64,000 nucleotides of DNA from the human T2T-CHM13v2.0 reference genome, Homo sapiens. Numbering within the stretch: position 1 is the stretch's first letter; each line of letters begins with the position of its first letter. Location: the NCBI RefSeq assembly GCF_009914755.1, contig NC_060926.1; one strand, given 5' to 3'. A program made the position numbers and the translations under genes. Positions 32,584-45,431 of this stretch are shown here, one piece after another. The notes below the pieces were generated by a model. That model did not search any database. It saw only the letters and a list, made by a program, of their open reading frames with translations, and was not told where the DNA came from.

Positions 32584-33382
32584 GTAATGTATGCATATGG
32601 TTGGAACAATGTGAAATGGTTGGTTTCAGAATATTCACCTAGTGCCTCCCAGGAGATCAGAGCCTGCACAGAAGCATGTGGAGGTCTGTGTGGCCAGCAT
32701 GGGGAGGTGAAGTCAGTATCTTTTCACCTATAACAAGCAGAGAAACGATTTCCCAACCCCATCCTTGCATATTCTAGTCCTATGGGTCATTCAGCTCTCC
32801 CAGCCGTCACCCTCACAAGAAAATGTTAAGGGTACAGAGTGATAAGAAGAGAACCCCTTCTAGTGTTAAGGGAATGTTTCAGTATTTGAGAGACAGGAAG
32901 GCCTACAAGCCATACTAGTATGGCTGCTGGATTTCAATGCTGGAAGTTTATGATCTGTGGCAAGCCTCTGCATATGAGGAACAAGAGTTGCTTCTTCCCT
33001 CCCTGTCCCACGTCATGGGACATCAGGGGACAAACTATGGAACAATGCCCTATGTAGGGATGATGCAAAATTCAATGAGGAAACCCTGAGCATGCTTTCT
33101 GACCTGTGTTTAGAAAAAATGGACACTAAATGGAAGTGTCTGAGGTTCTTGTCATGTGGTTCAACCACTGTAGGTCTGAGAAACCTGCCATTCCCTATTC
33201 TCCCTGGACTGTGCCTGAGCAAGATACAAAGCAGGCTCGAACATGCCAGGAATGGTCCCCACCTCCCCATGAACATCAGCAATCTACATCATTTCAATGG
33301 CTTCAGTCTATGTGTGTTATTCAGAAATAATGCAAATCTATAAAATCACTCTCTCTGCCACATATATTCTATCTAAATCCAG

Positions 33383-33529
33383 GTGACCAATGAGCCTCCA
33401 AAAGGCTTACGTGCAAATATCAGACGAGCATTTACTGAAATGACACCTTCGTTTTTTGAAGAAAATATACTTGGAAAAAAATGGAGACAAATAATATTTG
33501 GCATTTGTTTCTTCCATGCAATTATTCAG
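33383..33529 (+). CDS. DNAH6: DNAH6 coding exon D (147 nt; [17 protein letters not shown]...FFHAIIQ)
   Basis: tccag acceptor; CAG|gtacac donor; phase 0 to 0; [10 protein letters not shown] motif. Confidence 0.92.
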
Positions 33530-33874
33530 GTACACTCAACTCTGCTTTTCAATAGCAACAAGGAAGTGTATTATGAAATAAATAAATAGTAATAATTAAG
33601 TGAAAGCTTATAAATGTCATTGTGAAATGCTGAAGGCCCCATTCTGTGTCTGAACCCAAGTTGTTTTCATTCAATCTCTATACTCCCCTTGCCTTCGTAT
33701 TTCACAGCTTCAGCTCTCACCTCTCGTCTGATCTGCCTACAGAATACCATCAATTGGATGAATGCAGTAGGTTCAATTCAGTTCAACAAGCACAAAATAG
33801 ATTTCCTCATAGGTGGCATATTTACTATATTAGCTTCCCAGTTTTCAAACGTGTGTGGTCTACAGAGAAAGAAA

Positions 33875-33914
33875 GAATGAATGAATGAATGAATGAATGA
33901 ATGAATGAATGAAT
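33875..33914. repeat. (GAAT)10 tetranucleotide repeat
   Basis: Direct reading. Confidence 0.93.
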
Positions 33915-33916
33915 CA

Positions 33917-34224
33917 GACTGTGCACAGTGGCTCATCCTTGTAATCCCAACATTTTGGGAGGCCAACATGGGCAATTCGCTTGAGCCCAGGAGTTCAAGA
34001 CCAGTCTGGGCAACACAGCGAAACCCCATCTCTACAAAAGTTTTAAAAAATAGCCAGGCATGGTGGCACACACCTGTAGTCCCAGCTACTCAGGAGGCTG
34101 AGGTGGGAGGATTGCTTGAGCCTGGGAGGTCAAGGCTGAATGAACAGTGATTGTGCCACTGCACTCTAGCCTGGGTGACAGAGAAAGACTCTGTCTCAAA
34201 AAAAAAAAAAAAAAAAAAGAAAAG
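33917..34224 (+). mobile_element. AluJ
   Basis: Alu dimer with J-type arms and long A tail. Confidence 0.87.
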
Positions 34225-34936
34225 ATGCCAGATATAAGATAAATAGGTTAAAAGGTCTTAGAGGAGGTCTGACAGGTTGGGATCAGAGGTTCTGGGTGAG
34301 GCCCTTGTTCCGCTAACAAAAGCAGCTGAGATGAGGAGGTAGTTTAAGCTTTAGGAAAATTTTGAGATCAAGAGCTAGGAACTTGGAATCAAACCTCTGG
34401 CATAATTATCAGTTTCAAATTTAAGAAATTAAGGTAGGATAGGGAGATAACAAAGGAAGTTGGGGGAGGATTTCATGATGGTATGCCATGAAACAAAAAA
34501 ATATGATTCTGTGTGTGGCATAACTGAAAAATCATGGACAGACTCCTTAAAACAGTAGGGAGTAGCTCTCTCCACCAGATGGATGATTGCAGGGTCAGTA
34601 TTTTTATGCCAAAAGACTGTAGGTGAAATTTTTTTTTCTGCTTTGATGAGAAAATGCTTTATTTTATCCTGAAGGAAAAATGTTCTTTTGACAGGTCTTT
34701 CAAATTTCTGGTAATAGCAAATTTTCTTTTGGAAATATGGGGAGGAGCCAGTATTGAAGGAAGAGGTGCTTTCTCTGTTTGGTGAAAGCCTAGCTGAAGT
34801 TGAGCCACATGATTTTACTGATTTTGCAGTGTGGGGATGCCCATTTTCAATGGAAATTTCTTTTTAGTTTCCAGTATTTTACACAAAATTAATTTTATCA
34901 AATTTTATTTCAGATCATTTTCATTTTTCATTTTAG

Positions 34937-35075
34937 GAGAGAAAGAAGTTTGGCCCCCTTGGTTGGAATATCTGCTATGAATTTAATGACAGTGACAGGG
35001 AATGTGCTTTACTGAATCTCAAACTCTATTGTAAAGAAGGAAAGATTCCCTGGGATGCACTAATTTACATTACTG
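34937..35075 (+). CDS. DNAH6: DNAH6 coding exon E (139 nt; [20 protein letters not shown]...[10 protein letters not shown])
   Basis: ttttag acceptor; CTG|gtgagt donor; phase 0 to 1; [11 protein letters not shown] motif. Confidence 0.93.
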
Positions 35076-35289
35076 GTGAGTACGTCCTTGTGGCCAGGCC
35101 TTCCATCTATGTACCACAAAGTTGTTGGTTTACTCCCACCTGGCCCTTACAAAGATGGTGTCCTCCCCCAGTGTTTAATGGTGGTGATGATGATATTTTA
35201 TGTTCCTTGTGTGAAGACAAGATTGTAACAAAAATATATAAGGACATCATGAGAATATTCACACACAGAAAATGGGACAGCTGCTTTCT

Positions 35290-35510
35290 CAATAATAATA
35301 ATAATAGGAAAAATAGTGCTTGCTACATGCCAAGCACTATTTTAAGCACTTCCCAAGAATTAGCAGATTTAATCCTCGTAATAACCTTACAATGTGAGGA
35401 CTATTATTATCACCGTGCTACACATGAGAAAACTGAGGCACACCATTTACAAAGTGCTGGGGCCAAGATTTGAACCCAAACAGTGTAGCCTCCAGAGTCC
35501 ATGATCTTAA
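35290..35510 (-). mobile_element. MIR
   Basis: Core atgagaaaactgaggcac and ttgaaccca motifs. Confidence 0.7.
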
Positions 35511-36702
35511 ATTCAAAAGAACCTAAACATTAACTGACTAGTAGAGACCTGTTAATTCAGATATACCTGTAAAAAAGGAAAAACCTTTCAGGAATTAAAT
35601 TTTTGGTAAATATTAACTGTGACTACATAGGGATCTTGTTGCCAAAATTAGAACCAATTTGGACCATGTGGGCTCAAGTAGTAAGGGAGAGGATATTTGC
35701 ACTGGGAAGTGGGGGAAGGAGGAGCTCTGAAAAGGGACAGAAAGGAAATCGATGATTTTCATTGGCAAGTAAGGGAAATGGAGAACAGCAGAAGGGTATC
35801 AGGTGATCTAGAGCCTAAAAGGTAAAATGAAACCTTAAAACATGTTTGAGATGAAGGCAGCAAAATAACAGTAAAAATAGATTAGGACCAGTCCCCAGAG
35901 TGAACCAATAGGGAAAGGCCTGGAATTTGGGAGGTTACTTTGTACTCCTGCCCCAAGCCATCCCAATGGGGCCGAAATTGCTTAGCAAAGTGATGATGTA
36001 GGCAAAATTGTTCTCTGGTATCCTCTGCTTACCCTGAGTTTTCCTGTTTCTCATTTTCCTTTTCCTTCTCCCTCTCCTAGAATCCTTGATGTTTCAGGTT
36101 ACCTCAGTGTCTACTGCTGTGGAAGTAATTGTGGAGGTAAAAAGTAATTTGCCAGACTGGTCTGTAGATTTAATGCAATCCCTATGTAACAGCAGACTGT
36201 TACACCCAGATCAACTAGCATGTTGCAGGAATTGATAAGCTGATTATAAAATTCATATGAAAATGTGAAGGGCCTCAAATGGCAAGAACAATCTTGAAAA
36301 AAAGAATGAAGTCAAAAGAATAACGTTTCCCAATTTCAAAACTTACTGCAAAATTATAACAAGTCATTGTGGCACTGGCATAAAAATAGACAGATTTTGA
36401 CTTGGCAGTGGTGACCATAGCTTTATCACATTTTTTGTTTCTGGCATGAAGGGAGCAGAGCCTTTATCAGGTCGATTTATTTTTATGTGGCACCCATCCA
36501 CTGTTCCTTCCAGGCCAGCACCTAGTCTTGGTCAGAAGAGTCTCAGAGCTGTCAAAAAGTTGCGCTGAAGAAAACAGGACATCTCAGCAACAAATGTCCC
36601 AAAGTATTGCTGTAAATAAGACTGATTTTATGGGAAAATTAAGAAAGGTGTTGTAGTTCTTACAAATTTGGATCTTCATCTATGTTGAAAATTCCATTTC
36701 TG

Positions 36703-37832
36703 GATCTAGTTTGAGGCACTAAGAAGGATAAGACATCAATTTGCAAGGAGCCCTTGCCAGGGTAACATCAATTCTGCTAAAATTGAAGCAGAACAAGCAT
36801 CAAATTTACGGTGAAGCTTGTGTGGAAGAAAGGCAAATATTGATACTTTACAAAAAGTTTATAGGGACAGTGCCCCAAACAAATCAGTAGCAATTTATAA
36901 ATGGATAACTAGTTTTAAGAAGGGCCAAGACAGTGTTGAAGATGAAGGCCACAGCAGCAGGCCATCCACATCAATTTGCAAAGAAAAAATTAATCTTGTT
37001 CATGCCCTCGCTGAAGCACACCAACAATTAACAGCAGAAACAACAGCCAACACCATAGACATCTCAATAGGTTCATTTTACACAATTTTTACTGAAAATT
37101 AAAGTTGAGCAAACTTTCCACTCCATAGGTGCCAAAACTCTTACATCCAGATCAGAGGCAGACAAGAGCAAAGCTTTCAATGGAAATTTAAGCAAGTGCA
37201 GTCAAGATCCTGAAGCATTTCTTTGAAGAATTATAACAGGAGATGGAACATGGCTTTACCAGTACAATCCTGAAAGCAAAGTACAATCAAAGCAATGGCT
37301 ACCAATGGATGGAAGTGGTCCAGTCAAAGCAAAAGCAGACTAGTCAAGAACAAAGCTCATGGCAACAGTTTTTTGGAATGCTAAAGGCATTTTGCATCTT
37401 GACTTTCTGGAGGGCCAAAGAATGATAACATCTGCTTATTATGAGAGTATTTTTAAAAAGTTAGCCAAAACTTTAGCAGGAAAATGCCTAAGAACACTTC
37501 GCCAGAGAGTCCTTCTCCACTCCAACAATGCTATTCAGGCCTCTCATCAAACTAGAGCACTTTTACAAGAGTTTTTATGGGAAATCATTAGGTATTCACT
37601 TTACAGACCTAATTTGGCTCCCTCTGACTTCTGTGCTTCCTAATATTAAAATTTTGTTAAAGGGCACCCATTTTCTTCGGTTAATATAAAAAAAGACTGC
37701 ATTGACATGGTTAAACTCCCAGGACCATCAGTTCTTTGGGGATGGACTGAATGGCTGGTATCATTGCTTACAAAAATGTTTTGAATTGATGGACCTTGTG
37801 TTGAGAAATAACATATATATTTTTTAAAAAAA
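36703..37832 (+). mobile_element. Hsmar2 (HSMAR2) mariner transposase remnant, no terminal inverted repeats
   Basis: Degenerate mariner motifs: IYKWITSFKKG (HTH), *VPKLL, ITGDGTWLYQY, MATVFW, LHSNNA, YRPNLAPSDF. Start codon decayed to ATC at 36767; stop TAA at 37809-37811; several stops and frameshifts. Confidence 0.88.
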
Positions 37833-38682
37833 GAATTGGCTTATAAATCAATGGAACAGAGTTGAGAATCCAAAAATGACCTTTATATTTATGACCACTG
37901 ATTTTCAACAAAGGTGCCAAGGCAATTCAATGGGGGAAGGATAGTCTTTTCAACACATGATGCTGGGACAATTGGGTGTCCATATACAAAAGGATAAATT
38001 TGGACCCTTATACCATACACAAAAATTAATTCAAAATGGGTGACAGACCTACAATTAACAGATAAATGTAAATCTCTTAGAAGAAAGCTTTGGAGTGAAT
38101 TGTGATTTGGGGTTAGTCACTGACTTCCGAGATATGACACAAAAAAGAAAAAATAAATTGGACTTCATCAACATCTAAAACTTTTACACTTCAACACACA
38201 CCATCAAGAAAGTGAAAAGGCAAGACACAGACTGAAAGAAAATATTTGCAAATCATATATCTGATAAGGGCTTGTATCCAAAGTATATAAAGACCTCTTA
38301 CAACTCAACAATAAGAAAAATAACTCAATATTAAAATGGTTGAAGATTTTATTTGAATAGACATTTCACCAAAGAAGACATACAAATGCCCAGTAAACAC
38401 ATGTCAAGATGCTCAATTTGTCATGAGGGAAATGAAAGTTAAATCTCTAATGAAATGCCACTTCACACCTACTAGGATGACTATAATTTTAAAAGATAAT
38501 AACAAACGCAGGTGAGCATATGAGAAAATTGGAAGCCTCATACCTGCTGGTGGCAATGTAAAATTGTCCTGCTGCTTTGAAAAAAATTTTAAATAAAGTT
38601 GCCATATGACTTAGCAATTCTACTCCTAGATATGTACTTAGAAAAAATTAAAACATATGTCCTCACAAAAACTTGTACACAA

Positions 38683-39004
38683 GGCCGGGCGCAGTGGCTC
38701 ACGCCTGTAATCCCAGCACTTTGGGAGGCCCAGGTGGGCGAATCATGAGGTCAGGAGTTCGAGACCAGCCTGGCCAACATGGTGAAACCCTGTCTCTACT
38801 AAAAATACAAAAATTAGCTGGGTGTGGTAGTGCACACCTGTAATCCCAGCTACTCAGGAGGCTGGGGCAGGAGAATCACTTGAAACCAGAAAGCAAATGT
38901 TGCAGTGAGCCGAGATCACGCCACTGCACTCCAGCCTGGGCGAGAGAGTAAAACTCCATCTCAAAAAAAAAAAGAAAAAAGAAAAAAAAAACACACACAA
39001 AAAC
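38683..39004 (+). mobile_element. AluS (AluSg-like)
   Basis: Full Alu; 15-bp TSD AAAACTTGTACACAA at 38668-38682 and 39005-39019. Confidence 0.92.
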
Positions 39005-39717
39005 AAAACTTGTACACAAATGTTCATAACAGCATTGTTCATAATGGCCAAAAATGTCCATTAACTGGTGAATGGCTAAGTAAAATATGGCATATCCATA
39101 AATAGAATATTATTCCACCATAAAAAGGAATAAAGTACTGATACATACAACAACATAAATAAATCCCAAAAACATTATGCTAAGTAAAAGAAGCCAGACA
39201 CAAAAGCCCACAAGTACAATTCTATGTATATGAAATTTCCAGACGAGTCAAGCCTATAGAGATGGAAAGTAGTTCAGTGGTTTCATGGGACAGGGAGTAG
39301 ACATGAGGACTGACTGCAAATGGACACAAGATTTCTTTTGGGGGGAAATGGAAATGTTCTAAAATTAGATTGCAATGATGGTTGGACAACTCTGTAAATT
39401 TACCAAAAATTAATGAATTTATATATATATAATTATATATATAAGAATAGACATATTTTCAATATATATTCTTTTATATATGTTTTATGTGAATTTTATG
39501 GTTTTTTAAATTATATCTCATTGAAACTGGTTTTTTAAAAAAGATAGGAGTAAAAAGACAATGCTTTATCCAGGTGACGATACTTGCTAATGGCGAGTTT
39601 TTTTAGGCATTCATTTATGGATTAATTCAGAAAATATTGATTAGTACTATTATGATAAATGCTGGATATCAAAGATGACATAGTCTCTGCCTACCAAAAG
39701 CTGATGGAGATAATGAA

Positions 39718-40326
39718 TCATTCGTAGTAGCCAAAATATGGAAACAACCCAAATGTCCATCAACATATAAATGGACACAGAGAGTATCGTATATACATAC
39801 AATGGAATACTATTTATCCTTAAAAAAGAAAGATCCTACCATTTGTGACAACATGGATGGACCTGACTGACATTATGCTAAGTGAAATAAGTTAGTCACA
39901 GAGGGACAAATACTGCATGATTCCTCTTATGTGAGGCCTCTATAATAGTCAAAAGTCTAGAAGTAGACAAGAGAATGGTGGGTATCACAGGATAGAAGGA
40001 GGAGGAAAATGGGGAGTTGTTGTTCAGTATAAAGTTATAGTTATACAAGATGAGTAAGTTAGAGATCTGTTGTACAATATAGCACTTACAGTTAATCAGA
40101 AGGTATTTTGTACTTTAAATTAATTTATCAAGAGAGTAGATTTCATGTTAAGTATTCTAACCACAATAAAAAAGTGGGTGGCACAAAGAAATTGTCGGAG
40201 GTCATGGATATGTTTACCATATGGATTGTGGAGATAGCAACATAAGTATATACGTATGTCAAAACTCCCCAGGTTGTATACATTAATTATGTGCAGTTTT
40301 TTGGATACCAATTATACCTCAATAAA
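39718..40326 (+). mobile_element. L1MA/L1MB 3' end fragment
   Basis: ORF2 C-terminal and 3'UTR homology ending ttatacctcaataaa. Confidence 0.75.
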
Positions 40327-40955
40327 GGCGCGGGGGTGAGGGGAGGCCAAGAGTGTATGGGACATGGCACTACTAGAGAAACAGTTAGTAGCTCCAAAAA
40401 AGGAAGTGTGTATGGAGGGCAGTTGTGTCTTCAACAACACTAAAAAAGGTAAGCCGGGGGCATATCCTGAAAGGCCTATGTGTCTTGCTAATAAATTTTG
40501 CTCTAACTTACAAACATTGGTTAGCAATTATGGTCTTTTAGGTTAGGAAGAAGTGCAACAATTCACAAAGCTATAATAAAAGCAAAATGAGGGATTGAAC
40601 ATGGAGATATAGCAATACCCATGGGAAAACCAGACAGGAGAGAATAAACAGAGAAACATTTAGGAGGCTTTAAATACTGGAAGGTGTTTGGGATTGGAGG
40701 AGGACCTTCAGATTTTATAGTGTAGGTTACAGCAATACATACATCCAGGAGTGGTATTGGGGGTGGATCTGAGCTCAAAGTTGGCAAAGACAAAGTCAGA
40801 CCTCAGGCCTCTCCAGTTTTTATTGGACCATGCCCAAGCCAGCCCACAGGGATGGGAAAGGAAGGGAAAGGGGAAGCCACTATGTTGGGTTCTGCAATGG
40901 TACCCACAGGAACCATGATGCTGGGGCCAGACCAGGCAGTGGCATGGATGGTGGA

Positions 40956-41015
40956 CACCACCACACACACACACGCATGCACACACGTACACACACACGG
41001 GCGTGCACACACACA
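40956..41015. repeat. Imperfect (CA)n/(CACG)-type simple repeat
   Basis: Direct reading. Confidence 0.85.
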
Positions 41016-41696
41016 AGCGGTCCCTCTTCTAAGAAGACCAAAGCCAGAAGACTCCTTCTTGAAAGTGAGCTGTGAGTCATCTACCCTGAGTCAAAATGAC
41101 AGATTTCCTTGTTTACTCAGTTTGACCCATGAAAAAGGATAGAGTCAAATCTGGATGGAGAAGCGCAAAATCTGTTGATTTGTAAGGAAAACACTTCTGT
41201 GCTGCTTGTCAAAATGCAGATATTTTAGTTAGAAACTTATTTTAGAATAATGTATGTTAGGACACCCTTCTTCCCCTGACATCATCATGCAATTGGAGAA
41301 ACTAGAGCTTTATGTTCCAGCGCCAAGGACCCAAGAGGAGCTTCAAGTCCGACCATATTAGATGGACCCACGACAGAGATTTAACCCAACTTTATGTTCC
41401 AAGATTTCCCAGAGGGTCGCTAAAGAATACTCCTAGGAAGCTACAGAACATCTCCTTTTTACATCTTGGAATTGCCGATACAGGGATTCAGCAACTTAAC
41501 CATCAGCCCTGGTACCTACTTCCCTTCCCCTCTCCCTGAGTGGCTTGTCCAACAAGACTGACAAGAGTTACTCCAACAGGAGAGGGAAGACAGGCATCTC
41601 TACAGGATATGCAGATAAAGACATTGCTGTCTTGGAAGAAATAAATTATTGAGATTCCAAAGACTGAAATAACTTTCTCTCAACCAACCATCTCAG

Positions 41697-43120
<1,424 letters not shown>

Positions 43121-44078
43121 TTAATCTGTTTAGTGCATAAATTTATTAGTTTGTGTACATGCTCTGTAAATATTCAATGAAATGTTATTCATATTTAAAT
43201 AAAGTCTAGATTCATATGATTAATAAATTGGAAAATAAACTAATTATAAAACAAAACAAAAAGAAAGAGAAAGAAAAAACAATTTTTTCTTCCTGACATG
43301 ATGGAAGAAATAGAGATAAGAATGGATCAACAGTTGGAGGATTCAGAGGTTGACAATGTAGGTATCACAGGTGAAATCCTTCCAGGAACACTACAGTGGT
43401 GAATGGTGAATTGTAGCAATGGATCTGGAATTTTAAAGAAATTATATCAGCAATAGATTCCAGTGTGCTTCCTTGCTACACATAATTTTGGGATGACAAT
43501 GGGGCACATGGAAAGTAGCTTCTCTGTGGAAAGAGAGATGGGATACCAATCAGTTATAATTCCTTATAATTACTGTGAAGTGAATTGTCCCTTTTGCTTT
43601 GAATCTATCTTTCCTCCTTACCCTGATAGCAATAATTAATAAGAAATGTATAGAGGTTGAATGCCTTGCTGCAAATACTTGATTCCATTTTACTCATTGT
43701 CTCCGAAAGAAGCACTGTTTGATGGAAAGTGTGTATGTTTTAGAATACTGCAATCAATGATAAGACTCAAAATCAGTATTTCAAAGCAAAAGAACAAAAA
43801 CAAAAAAGAAATATGTAAATAGAGCTCAGTGGCTTTAGTCTCTGAAAACTAAAACAGCAAAATAATGAGAGTAGAGTACATATAGTAGATTTTTTCTACT
43901 TTTCAAAAATTGACTTCTATTATCTTTGAGGGGGTGGTGGAAGGAAATTCTGTTGTGTGCTTTCCATTTTCAGTACCAAATAAATGTGTGTATAAATAAA
44001 CATTAAAAATTTAAAATTAGGTATGCCTATCAATTTTTTAAAAACAGCAATAATTTCAAAATACAAATTTCTTTTCAG

Positions 44079-44198
44079 GTGAAATTACTTATGGTGGTAG
44101 AGTCACAGACAGCTGGGACCAAAGATGCCTTCGTACTATCTTGAAAAGATTTTTTTCTCCTGAAACATTAGAAGAAGATTATAAATACTCTGAATCAG
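44079..44198 (+). CDS. DNAH6: DNAH6 coding exon F (120 nt; [26 protein letters not shown]...YSES)
   Basis: cttttcag acceptor; CAG|gtgaat donor; phase 1 to 1; YGGRVTDxWD motif. Confidence 0.93.
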
Positions 44199-44488
44199 GT
44201 GAATGACTTTTCAATATTACAGAAAAGGCCTTTCCCAAGAAGATGTTGACAGCATCTCTCAGTTTCCCACCCAGGGGCTGTCTGTGTCAGGTCTCCACAA
44301 CGCTGTTATAGCCACACCCTATCCCCATGCTTGGCCACCTTCAGAGCTGGTTTGATAGTAGGATCACAGAGATACATAGTACATGGTAACTACTTTGAAT
44401 TACTTCGATTTTAAAGCTTATTGCACTGTGTCTAAATCTGTTTTCAATGTTATGTTCTAGTATGTTTTGAATGTAATCAAATAAAACA

Positions 44489-44610
44489 TCCAGACATAGT
44501 GGCACATGTCTGTGGTCCCAGATACTCAGGAGGCTGAGGTAGGAGAATCACTTGAGCTCAGGAGTTCAAATCCAGCCTGGGCAACATAACAAGACCCAGT
44601 CTCTAAATCA
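44489..44610 (+). mobile_element. FLAM-like Alu monomer
   Basis: ~120-bp single left-arm Alu. Confidence 0.7.
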
Positions 44611-44967
44611 TAGTAAATATTATTATTACTACTATATAAAAGTTTTTAAAAAAATAAAGAAAAGAAAATGTCTATTACAGCAAGTTGAGTAAAAACCAGA
44701 TCTGTGAGTTGGAGATAGTTTATTATGAGTCAGACAGCAAACAGATTAATTGTCCTGAGTGATCCCCTTGGAAGGAGCAACTTGATTAGTACAAGCTCAT
44801 AAAAGCTCCTACCATAGAGCATCAGTCAGAGCTGGATTCAACTGTATATCCTGCAATCACTATAGATAGTTGAATAACCCTAGATTTCAATGTAGCTTTT
44901 AGTTTGGGCAATTAGAGAGGGCTGTTGTTGTTTATCAAACAAATATAAAAGCAATCTCTAACACAAG

Positions 44968-45040
44968 CATAAATTTAAGCCCTTAATGAGTTACACCTTT
45001 CAACATAAATTTGGAGCCCTTCATGAGTTACACCTTTCAG
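44968..45040. repeat. Two-copy ~36-bp tandem duplication
   Basis: cataaatttaagcccttaatgagttacacctttcaa / cataaatttggagcccttcatgagttacacctttcag. Confidence 0.9.
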
Positions 45041-45309
45041 CAGCATATCCCTGGATTCTCCGCATCTTTAAATGCGCTGGAGAAGGCATCTGACAAGTTA
45101 GGACAGTAATGAGATTCTCAAGGCCTGAAGAAAAGATAACAAAACTAGACACAGCAATGAAAGCATGAAAGCTTAGGAAAAACAATCCCCCTTTCTACAT
45201 GAGCCAGCTGATTGCAGCCACCATCTGCACCACACAAAGAAAAATCAAACTTGGCAGTACAAAGCCAGTCTATTTGAGACATATTTGTCTTCTGTGTTTT
45301 TAATAACAG

Positions 45310-45431
45310 GCATCTATTTTGCACCCATGGCTGACAGCCTACAAGAGTTTAAGGACTACATTGAAAATCTGCCTTTGATCGATGACCCAGAAATTTTTGG
45401 AATGCATGAAAATGCTAATCTAGTCTTCCAG
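45310..45431 (+). CDS. DNAH6: DNAH6 coding exon G (122 nt; [41 protein letters not shown])
   Basis: aacag acceptor; CAG|gtatgt donor; phase 1 to 0; [10 protein letters not shown] motif. Confidence 0.93.

Larger units (their letters stand above)
36155..39540 (+). mobile_element. L1MB-type ORF2/3'UTR, split at ~36394/37840 by the leader+Hsmar2 insert and at 38683 by an Alu
   Basis: L1 homology stops at ...ggcataaaaatagaca and resumes at ...ataaatcaatggaacaga, which are adjacent in L1 ORF2. Confidence 0.8.

Noticed and set aside
36548-36614. CQKVALKKTGHLSNKCP in the leader as a zinc knuckle
   Set aside because: Spacing does not fit CX2CX4HX4C and the frame closes immediately; likely chance.
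36818-37643. Transposase ORFs as an active or domesticated gene at this locus
   Set aside because: Start codon lost, stop in the WVP motif, several frameshifts and altered catalytic motifs.
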